A stretch of 63,246 nucleotides of DNA, filler included, from Kipferlia bialata (Eukaryota): NCBI GenBank assembly GCA_003568945.1. It is 4 parts of 4 records of this genome, joined end to end, with 100 filler letters (N's around TTAATTAATTAA, not from the genome) between each part and the next. Parts side by side here need not be neighbours in the genome. Positions count along the whole stretch, not along the records: positions 1 to 22,044 come from BDIP01000308.1; 3 more parts are not named here. One strand, written 5' to 3'. The translations under genes were made by a program, and so were the position numbers. This document shows positions 1 through 10,539 of the stretch, one piece after another (position 1 is the stretch's first letter; every line of letters begins with the position of its first letter). The notes beneath the pieces were generated by a model that saw only the letters and a list, made by a program, of their open reading frames with translations, had not been told where the DNA came from and made no database searches.

Positions 1-49
<49 letters not shown>

Positions 50-172
50 GGGTGACTGCCAATTGAGCACCAACAGAGCCATTTCCGGCACTGTAACTCT
101 ATCCACAAAGTAGTCCTACCCCATTCTCCCCAATCCCCAATTGGTGGTAATAATAATATCATCCATCCCCAC

Positions 173-582
173 CTTGAGGTCTCTGCACTGTGCGGCAGAC
201 AGCTCTGCCCTCTGCTCGTTCCTCTGGATGTCCTGGATCTTCTCGAGGCTGTTGATCAGGAAGGACACCGGGTCATCGGGCCTCTCGAGCACCAGAGAGG
301 CTGTGATGTTGGAGAAGATGCCCTGGATGTTGTGCTGGCGTCAGAGAATAGAGCACAATGAGGCCAAAATGAAAGACTATAGCGACCCATATGAACCTCT
401 GAATGCGAACACGTGAGTGGGAGATAATACATAGCAATACTGAAGCATAAAGAGCGGTGTATTGGGATGATTCCTCTTAACAAGCGAATGGTACTCTTAC
501 AAAGAAAACCCAGATAATACGGTACCTTGTTCAGATACTCATAGGCTGCCTCCTTGCTCAGACGATCGTCCTTGGATGCCAT
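173..582 (-). CDS. RIIa/Dpy-30-type dimerization-docking (D/D) domain protein, 5' part only; runs off the window start
   Basis: Exons 582-526 and 334-173 with GT-AG boundaries give MASKDDRLSKEAAYEYLNK|HNIQGIFSNITASLVLERPDDPVSFLINSLEK. This fits the A.EYL.KH.I..LF..L...L...RP.DP..FL pattern of axonemal RIIa-domain proteins (adenylate kinase/EFCAB10-like). Confidence 0.65.
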
Positions 583-1144
583 ACTCACAGGGACTGTGAG
601 AATAGTACAACAGCAATGCTCGACCCCAGACTACACCCTTTTGTCGTTTGTTGTGAATCCCAAATTGAACACGGTACCCAGTGATCACAGTCCAGTGAAG
701 ACCACAGCCTTGCAATCCCAGGGACACGAGTGATATGCACCAAGTGTGTCGTCTTGTGTCTCCACAGGGACATTCAATAGTTTTCAAACACAGACGGCCG
801 GCCAACAGGAGGACACTATGACTGCGTCACCCTTTGGAGCAAAAACTCAGAGACGTACGCACTACTCAGTACCACTCATTCCTCTTCCAGTTGAACTGCA
901 TGTTACCCATAAGTGTATTGTCTCCGGACATTCTCACTGTGTGCAGAATGGTGGTCAATGTGTTTGGGTCCTCACTAGAGTGATCACATCTTGGATGGGA
1001 GGATCGTTCACTCAAGTTGGTGCTCTACTGTAGACCATCATGTCAGGCAGACAGGCCAATACTGTACACCCCAAGGTCGTGTATTGGTGAACCCGCTGTG
1101 ATCACCATCCCCCTCTTCATCTAGTGTCAGTGGCGTAGCCCACA

Positions 1145-4100
1145 ATGGACCCTGATCCAAAGCCCAATCCACCCAATCCAATCAGAGCCATGATTGATAG
1201 ACTGGTTGGCGGAGCCCCTGTGACTGGGGGTGCCCCTGCCTCGTGCCTCACTAGTAGTACTGTCTCTGACCAGATCCCCAATGGTGCCGGGGAGGTCCAG
1301 TGCCCACAACACAACACCTCTAGAAGTGACCCTAGGCCTGCCCTCCCAACAGGTATGAATCCAGGAGTGTCCAGTGGGTCTACCAATTTGTACCCGATGA
1401 TGGTAGTTACAGTCTCTCCTGTCTATGTCTAGCATATACATAATCTATTCCCCAGCTCTCTCATCCCAGATGCGATACTGGACTGTGGTGTATCCGTAGA
1501 GACGGAGCGACACGCTGCCCGAGGTACTATCCTTCCCCATTATCATGGTATACACGGTCTCTGCTGTTTCTCATTCTACCCCCCTCTCCCACCATCGCCA
1601 CAGATTTCTCTCCTATTATGAGGTCTGTGTATATTCTTCCCACCACAGGTATTCCCTCCCACGACATGCCTCTGGCCCCTGCACACCGCTCCATCGACCC
1701 CTCTGTAGGCCGCTGCCTCGACCCCTCGGGCCCTTTCTCCTCTGTCTCTCCTGCCCCTGCAGCTACTACAGAGGTGGGATGTCCAGTAGAGACCAACCTT
1801 CTGAGCAGTGAGACTGGGACAGAGGACGCTGACAACCCCATGCTCGGTGACCAGCCCCTTGACACAGACACTCCCCTTGTCACATACAGCCCCCTCTCCT
1901 ATGACCACCAAGACCCTGGTGTCCCTGATGTAGAGTATGAGAGTGCTCACCTGTCCACTGCCACTCCCTCCGTCCCCACCCCCTCGGACATCCACACTGA
2001 GGACGGTGCTGGTGGTGCAGACGGTGGGGACGTTGACATGCTCATGGGTGACCACAGCCAGTCCCCCAGCCACTGGGGATGTAGCAGCCCCTCCACCACA
2101 CCACGCCCACTACCCCAGGCCGTAGGGGATGATAGAGGCAGGGAGAGAGTGAGGGAGAGGGAGAGAGAGGGTGTGGCTGACAGAGACATAGAGGAGGAGA
2201 GGGAGAGGCGTGAGTGGGAGCATGAGCAGGCTGCTCATCATGCCCATCTTTTGAGTGATGGAGAGAGGGCAGCAGACATGGAGATTGAGGGAGAGGAGGA
2301 GAGGGAGAGGCGTGAGTGGGAGGAGGAGCAGGCTGCACTGCGTGAGGCCGAACTCATGAGGGAGAGAGAGAGGCAGAGAGAAGAGGAGGAGCGCAAGAGA
2401 GCAGAGTGGGAGGCTGAGAAGCAGCGCCGCAGGGAGGAGGAGGCCCGGCTTGCGATGGAGAGAGAGAGAGAGGCCGCCAAGCAGAGGGAGTGGGAGAGAC
2501 AGAGGCAGGAGCAGGAGAGAGAGAACAGGGAGAGAGAGGAGGAGAGACTTCGTCTGCAGGAGGAGAGGGATGCTGCCTGGGAGAGAGAGAAGGCCAGGCG
2601 GAGACAGGTCAGGGAGGACAGGAGGAGAAGAGAGGCGGAGGAGAGGAAGAGACTGGAGGAGGAGCAGGACAGAAGAGAGAGGGAGCAGTGGGAGAGAGAG
2701 CAGGCCGGTCTGGTGCAGCCCATCCAGTCCAACCCCTCTCCTGCCCGTCTGCCTCTCCCTGGCACTGCACAGCTACCCCTTTCCACTCATGGGCATGCTC
2801 CTGGAGGTCCCTACCAGTACCCTCGTACTGACAGTGACCAGAGTGCCTACCACCACCCCCTTAGTGATAGAGAGAGGTACCCATCCAGCTCTCCAGACCA
2901 GGCGTCCCAAGAGCCCCTGTCACAGCCTGCTGTCCCCCAGTACCCACAGCCTATTGCCCCCCTCCAGACCCCCCAGTACTCATGGGACCACCAGGTCGGG
3001 AAGGATGCAGCAACACCCCTTCAGGACATGCCCCCTCAGGACCATTCACGGCACCAGTCTCAGGACCAATACTGGCCCCAGGACCAGGGTCAGGGCAAGC
3101 CCGGGGTTGGGCCCGACTATCATGTGGCACCCTCCCAGAGGGAGCAGTCACCTGCCCTTCCCCCCCCTCTCATGCAGCTTGACAACACATACCCCCTGGA
3201 GTCCAAGGCAGCCAGCTCCCTCAGACGCCAGTTCAGGGGCAAGGGGGACATTGTCTACTACGAGAGCCTCGGGGTGCTAGTAGCCATCGACATACCCCAG
3301 GACAGACTGAAGCCTGTCCACAGCAGCCCTCCACCCTGGGTGAGGAAGGCAGTGAAGGGCCCCCAGCTCTCCTACAAGTGGGTCCCCCTGGAGCCGAGGT
3401 GCTACCTGACAATCGACGTCAACATCACTGCCACCACAGAGGACCTTGAGAAGGCCCTAGTCGGGGCTGTGGAGGATTTGGGTGACTGCAACCTGAGGGT
3501 GAGTACTGTATCGAGGGAGGAGCATGTGGCCATGTCTGTCACACCACGCCACCAGATGCTGGGGCTCTCCGGTCGGTACAAGGTGTATATATTGACTACA
3601 GATGCCACTGAGGCAGCTGTGAGTGCCCTAGATGACCTTGTCACAAGCGATGGGTTTGAGGCTGAGGTGGGGGGGACTGACGCCACCCTACGTGTGTACC
3701 CGCACTGGGAGAGGTTCCACGTCAAGGGACTGAGTGAGTCTGCATGCGGCGCCCATCCTCCCCCAGCTGTAGTGTCTGACACACTGGATGATATGCTGCT
3801 AGAGGTGGAGCGGAGGGTGAGGGGGGTGAAGGAGGTCAAGACTAGGCAGATGGCCATACCCGACATCTCCCACTTCCACCACGACCCCGTCCTGCCCTCG
3901 GCCGCATACTTTGTGGTCACCAACAAGACCACTGCTGCTGTACTGAGACAGAGTCAGTTCAAGTCAGAGACTGCCAAGGCGATGCAGCGTCTACCAGTGG
4001 GCTCCAACGTCCTCTCAGTCTCCCCCCGACCCATTACCTACCACGTGCTTCTAGTCAACACCACCCACACCAACATCACCCCCTCCCTCAGTGACAGTGC

Positions 4101-7100
4101 CTGTGGTGCACTGGAGGGAGAGGTGCTGAGGGCAGTGGCCGAGCACGAGGTGCTTGGGGTCCCCTGTGCAGAGGAGTACCTCTCGGTGGAGACCCACGGC
4201 AGGGACTTTGTGCTGTACTACACCAACAGTGATGACTACAGTCGTATCAACTACATGGTGCTGGCAGAGCACGATGTCTCAGTCACTATCGGGGGGGATG
4301 TGTATAGGGCGCAGATGCCTGCCACCCTATCCTCTGCGCCTATGGCACGTCTGCCTGAGCCTGATGTCCTCAGTACCCTGTCTGCAGTATCCCGTGTGTC
4401 AAGAGAGACTGTGCAACACAAGGGGTGGGACGAGAGGTCTATGCCCCCCAAGGTCGATCTCACAGACGAGCACAGGGTGTTTGTGCAGGTATGATAGTAT
4501 TGCGTCTGATATCAGTGGGCTTGTTAGTTCCATGTAGAGTGCATCAGTCGGATATCAACCTTATGACAGGCCCATACCCTGGCTAGAGTCAAGGAGGGTG
4601 TCTATGCCGTCAAAGGCAAGTCCCACCGGATCCCCAAGGTCGGCACCACAACAGCCTATTCTGCTGTGCGCCTCTTCAAGAGACCCTCCCCTGAGTATCT
4701 CAGGCGTCCACACAGGAACACGTGTGTGGACGTGGTTAATGTAGACTCAGTCACTGCCGGTGTGGCCCAGACAGCTAGGGGGAAGAAGGTATACGTCATT
4801 GTGTATGTCTCTATCTGTCACTCAGTTGCTCACTTCTAGGTAGCCGTTCTCAACTTTGCCAATGAGAGGAGACCCGGGGGTGGGTATCTGCATGGAAGGA
4901 GCGCCCAGGAGGTAAGAATAGTTCATGTATAGTATCAGCTCCGTATCTGCTTCACTGACTGTTTCAGGAGGAGCTCTTCCGTCGCACCAACTACGTCATG
5001 AGTCTCGATCCCTCTCAGGTGAACCATGGTGCTGAAGCCCCTGTGCAGTACCCCTGGCACTCCCCTGCTGCTGCCCAGATGGACGGGGAGGCCAGGTGCA
5101 CAGATGTGGTGGTGTCAGAGGACGTCACTGTCATCAGGAAGGGGTCGGAGGATGGGTATGCCATGATGCCCCCTGTGACCCTTACCATGATAGCTACAGC
5201 AGCACCCGACAAGCCAGACACCAGGCCCAGCGGCACAGGAGCCCAGGTATATGCAGACCCCAAGCAGGCTGCGACCCTCATAGCCAGAGTGCACGGAGTG
5301 CTGCGTGCTGCTGTATACCACAAGGTCGACAGGCTGATACTGGGGGCCCTTGGGTGCGGTGCCTTCAGGAACCCCCCAGCTGAGGTGGTCAGTGTGTTCG
5401 AGGCCCTTCTCCCCACCTACCTACCCTACTTCGAGAGGGTCACCTTTGCGGTGCTAGGTGACGACAACTACGATGCCTTTGCCCCCCTCAGGTCCGTGAG
5501 CCCAGTACCGATCAAGAGGGCCAACATGAGACCCGTCTGCAGGGAGTTCCACTCTCTCAACACTGAGGAGGGAGGGGGATTCTGCCCATCGTGTAGAGAT
5601 GCCGACCATGCTAAGAGGTTTTGGCACCCCAGGGTCTGTAAAAGCGCTGACGGACGCAAGTGCCCACAGAATGACTCTGCGGTGCATATGGCCCTCTACA
5701 TGCACAAGCGGCCCTGCCCCGAGTGGGAGAGGTGCAGGGATTGCAGCAGGAGGGCGAGGGAGGACGAGAACAACGTCCACTGTGCCCTCTACTCCCACCC
5801 TGACTTCTGCGACGGTGGTGCCAGGTGCCAGGACTTCACCCCCGAGCACTGTCGTGAGTGGTGGCACCCGGCCACATGCAACGACGGGGTGGACTGTATG
5901 GATACCGATGAGATCCACCTGATGCGGTTCAGACACCCTAGGAGAGACACAGCCTGCAACTTTGGGGCCGTGTGCTGTGACCTCAGTGCCTCCCACAGAC
6001 ATGTATGCTCCCATCCTGTCAACATTATTAACCCTGACCCCTTCGCTGCCCCCCTGTACCCTAGCAGAAAGGACTCTGGTGTCTCAGCCTGCCCTCACGG
6101 TTGGCTGTGCACCAAGCTTCAGGCCTATCTGGGTGGATCGAAGGCCCGAGATGTGATGCGCCATATCAAGGAGTCCCTCCACCTACCCCGTGCCCAATGT
6201 GATCCCAGACGCTGTCCTATGAATGTGCCTAAGATTGACCCTGCGGCTGTAGAGCAGCACCTCTGGGAGTTCTCCCACAAGGACATTCCAGACATCAGAC
6301 TTATGTGCCGTAATAGGTCAGCGTGTAGGAGGAGGGGCGATCTCAGCCACATCCAGAAGTACTGCCACGCACCAGAGCTGCTGCCCGTCTCCCAGTTCAT
6401 AGAGAGGAGAGACGTGGACTTTAGGGCCAACCACTGCTACGTCAGGGGACAGATCCGCGAGAAGAGAGGCAATGAGGGTCTGAGGCAGCTTGTCGACAGC
6501 TTCCTCCCCACTCACCGTCTCAATGCATCCAAGCTTGAGCTGGTCCTCGCCACTGGGTACTTCATGTCTCTCAGAAACATGGAGAGACTGGGAGACCCCT
6601 GGTTCCTGGCAGACACCGCCAAGCTGAACCCAGTGGTGCATACATTCCAGGCCAGCCACCAGACAGTGGTTGCTGAATTCCTCCATGCACACACCATAGC
6701 AGCACATGCTAAGAAAGCAGGGACCCCTGTCACACGCACTGTCGAGGACACCCTTAAGGAGTGCCGCATGAATCTGGCAGTCATCGACAAGAAGGCCATC
6801 AAGCACCTGGAGAAGGTGAGCACTCGGATTGTAGAGGCTGCGGCCTCTCTAGATGCAGACCCTGAGAAGGGCATAGGGTATGACGTCGACAAGGCCATCA
6901 ACACAGATGACACAGTCTTCACCAACGTAGGTCCCAACACCTTCAACAGGTATGGCGAGATCCACGTCACCTTCCGCCAGTCCCTGATGCGCCACCCCAA
7001 CAGCTATCTGCATTGGTCGGCTGGGACCCTCTACGTAACCCAGCCCTCTCTCCCCCTGAGGGGACACGTACATCTACCTGGGGACGGAAGGGCATCCGCT

Positions 7101-10100
7101 CCCTTCAGCCCAGAGAGACTGGAGAACTACAGGAGGAGCAGACTGTCACTCGCTGAGGCTGGCACCTCACAGCTACTTGCAGACGACCTGCATGCGATAC
7201 TGAGTCACGAGCATGGGCCTGTGAACCCAGAGCAGGCCATGAGGCGATGGACCGGGGACTCACACTGGAACAGCCACTATGTGCTGGAGGGCCACCTACC
7301 CCCCACTGTGGGACTTGGCTACATCCACAGCATCACTATGGACAAGGCAACCCACAAGGGGCTGTCACCAACGACCAAGGAGGCATTGAAGGTACCCAAT
7401 GTTACCCCAATTTGCGCATATATGTATATATACCCCTCTGTAGTCCCCCAACCCCCAGGACTTGCAGTGCCACCTAGTCCTGACAGACAAGCCCATCACC
7501 GACCCGGAGAGTGCGGCTGAGGCCTACAGGCAGTCCTGCCTTGGGGTCCCGATGCCCCCAGGGTACCAGTTCACAATGTCAGGGGCCAAGGTCAGCATCC
7601 CCACCACACTCCACCTTGACAGACTATCAGGGGATAGGAGGGCATACATACGCTTCTCCTGCATTGGTGATGTGCTGCTGCAGATAGCCCCCCGAGACGC
7701 AGTGGAGGGAGACCCTTGCAGGACACTGAGGTTCACAGAGAGCAGGGTGGAGATCACGAGGAACTACATAGCAGTTGCTAGACAGGACAGACAGAGTGGT
7801 CTCAGCGCTATGTACATGTCCCACCCTTCCCTGGACGCTGTGTCTTACAGGAGCTATGTGGTCACAGTGTCCCGCTCCTCACTGGAGGTGAGGCGGGTGG
7901 GGCATCAGAAGCAGACCGTGATGCAGCCTCTAGAGGAGACGGACTCTCACCTGTTCTCAAGGAAGGACCACATAGTGACCTTTGCCACTGTCTCAGTGCC
8001 AGATCTGGCCAGTATCAGCGGGTGTGTGATTACCAACAACCGACGTGAGATATCCTATGTGGAGCCTATAAGGGAGGAGGACCCTTGTGTGAGACGTGCC
8101 AGGGAGAGAGGGAGTGCTGTTCACAGGAGGGTGCATGGGCACACTAGTGGTCCCAGGGTGCCTGGTGCCCTACCTGTGTGCCAGTACGCTGCCTGCTGCA
8201 GGTTGGCCCACTTGGACAGAGACCCCACACACATAGCTAAGTACAGACACGTGTGTCCCCTAGGTCCAGTGTGTCCAGAGAGGACGAACCCCACACACGT
8301 GCGGCAGTTCATCCATGCCACCCGGCCTGTGTGCAACCTTGGCATCAGGTGTCCAGACATAGGTGACCGCACCCACAGGCTGAGCCACCACCACCCAGGG
8401 ACGTTTGAGTTCTATGGCAAGACGAGACGGATCCCAGACGTGCCATATGCCTGTAGCAAGGGAGAGAGCTGTGGGGGGAAGAGATACGCTGGTCACCTGG
8501 CAGAGTTTTCCCACTGGCCCCTAGACCGCCACGTACCGGAGTGCCCTATGGAGGATGACGTGCCAGTGCCAGCCTCTGAGGGCACAGGCAGGGGCCAGAG
8601 GGGACACGGTGGAGACTCCAAGCGCCTTGTCTGCAAGCACGGACTGAAGTGCAAGCATCTGGGTGATCGGGACCACAGGGTGAAGTACCATCACCCAGGG
8701 ACATTTGAGTACAGAGGGAGGGAGAGGCACATAGCCGACAACCCCGTTCCCTGCAAGGATGGGCCTAGCTGTAAGGGAATAGGGTTCCCTGCCCACCTGG
8801 CCGAGTTCTCTCACTGGCCCCTCACCCCCACTACCAGTGCACAGCCAGACATTGTAGAGCCCCAGGGATACGACGGCGGTATCAGTGCTGTAGCCTCCCA
8901 CGTCCCATACACCCCCCCTCGCATTGAGCCTTCCACCCAGGGCCCTAGGTCTGTGTGTACGCTGGGTCTGGAGTGCCCTAAGCTGGGTGACCGCACCCAC
9001 CGGGAGACCCACACCCACCCAGCCACATTCCAGCACAACGGTAGGGAGAGGCGCATCAGGGATGATCCCATTGTGTGTAAGCACGGCAAGAAGTGCAGGG
9101 GGCTGAAGTACCCCGGTCACCTTGCAGAGTACTCGCACTGGGGGTCAGGGCCTGCCGCACCCAAGGCTAGGTACAAGACCAAGCCCCAACCCAGAGAGAG
9201 AGAGGAGAGAGAGAGGGAGCACGGACCCACCAACCCTCCACCCATCGTGACCAATGAGCCCGTTAAGCTATATGGTTCCTACACTGGTGGCTTCGATGTC
9301 CCGTCACTAGCACCCACCTACTCAGGAGGTGATACTATGTGTGTGTCTTCTGTTGGGAGGGACAACGTGAAGAGGGAGAGGGAGCCGAGGAAGAGAGAGA
9401 GGGAGACGCCCACCTACGGTGCTGGCCGTCATGTCTCCTCCTACATCACTGCTGCCTCGCATGCCTCTGCAGGGTATGCCCCAGGCGACAGGGACCTCTC
9501 TGTGTGCTTTGTGATGGACGTCACAGGGTCTATGGGGAGCTACATCACTGCCACTGCCAAACAGGTTGTCAAGATGGCCCAGGAGCTGCAGAAGTACTGT
9601 GAGAACAAGGGGTCTGGGGACGGGTACAGACACGCCGTCAAGGCCTTCTTCTCCTACGTAGGGTACAGAGACATCAGAGACTCCAAGGCTGTGGAGGTGT
9701 GCGACTTTGGCCCCATACCCACCCTTCAGTCCTTTGTACAGGGTATGAGGCCTACGGGAGGGGCGGATGTACCAGAGGACATAGCGACTGGCCTCGACGC
9801 TGCCCTCAACTTCAGGTGGGGCAAGGGGCACAGGATGGTTGTTGTCCTGGCCGATGCCCCCAACCACGGGAAGGGGTTCATGCACACTGTACACAGGGAT
9901 GACTACCCAGAGGCTGACCAGCACGGGGTGGCCTGGAGCGACAGACTGGACGCCATCATCAGAGCCTCTGACCCCCTCGACATGAACTATGTGTTTGTCC
10001 CTGTGGGGTCTCTGACCGGGGTGCTAGACCCCATGGTAGACTACTTCAAGGGTCACCTCAAGGGGGGGAGGGGCAGGGTGCACAAGCTCCACCTGGCCTC

Positions 10101-10176
10101 TGCGGGTGAGGGGATGCTATCTCTTATCAGACAGGTGCTGCAGAAGTCATACGACTCTTTCCTTACTAACCTGTGA
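1145..10176 (+). CDS. Giant multidomain protein (~2844 aa): low-complexity/ER-rich N-terminus, bacterial-type PARG (DUF2263/TIGR02452 macrodomain), PBZ-like zinc finger arrays, putative ART-fold domain, C-terminal vWA
   Basis: Hand-spliced exons 1145-1352, 1470-1523, 1649-4488, 4570-4788, 4840-4911, 4968-7391 and 7459-10176 are all GT-AG, phase-compatible and total 8535 nt. Motifs: VAVLNFANERRPGGGYLHGRSAQE|EELFRRTN, LILGALGCGAFRNPP, repeated Cx5C..Hx5H fingers, FVMDVTGSMG. The start codon is uncertain; a short upstream exon from the ATG at ~1040 is possible. Confidence 0.85.
8329..9141 (+). repeat. Three in-frame copies of a ~63-aa double zinc-finger unit inside the giant gene
   Basis: Copies at ~8329-8520, ~8629-8820 and ~8953-9141 share the pattern VC..G..C..(I/L)GDR.HR...HHP.TF...G..R.I.D.P..C..G..C.G...(A/G)HLAE(F/Y)SHW. 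Confidence 0.85.
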
Positions 10177-10497
10177 GGGGGGCGGCAGGATGGGGAAGAT
10201 GAAGTAGATTATAAGTAAGTCGTTGGTATTGTCGGATGACCATTGTATCATGTCTGAGCCATGATAATTAGGTTCCAAATACAAACACTACAATCTATTA
10301 CACACTGGTGCATCCGCTACAATGCAACTATCCGTCCCCAAAGGCCAAACCGGCCATCAAATGTCAAACTACAACAACACTGAACAAGATAGACCCAACT
10401 ATGGGTCAACAGCAGCACGACACGACACCGTACTGCAAAAACTGCCTAAACTAAGAGCGCATGATGATACCAGACTCTCTCCAACACTCACTGGTCC

Positions 10498-10498
<1 letters not shown>

Positions 10499-10534
<36 letters not shown>
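10499..10534. repeat. (CT)n microsatellite; one example of many (GA)n, (TA)n and (CA)n tracts, mostly intronic
   Basis: Directly visible dinucleotide run. Similar runs occur at ~24720, ~25760, ~26290, ~45120 and ~58890. Confidence 0.9.

Positions 10535-10537
<3 letters not shown>

Positions 10538-10539
<2 letters not shown>

Noticed and set aside
1..48. Poly-G start, poly-C end (63197-63246) and other G/C homopolymers next to gaps
   Set aside because: Low-complexity tracts where assembly breaks; these are not telomeric repeats.
4494..4998. Apparent stop/frameshift breaks between the long ORFs suggesting a pseudogene or separate genes
   Set aside because: Fully explained by canonical introns with compatible phases.
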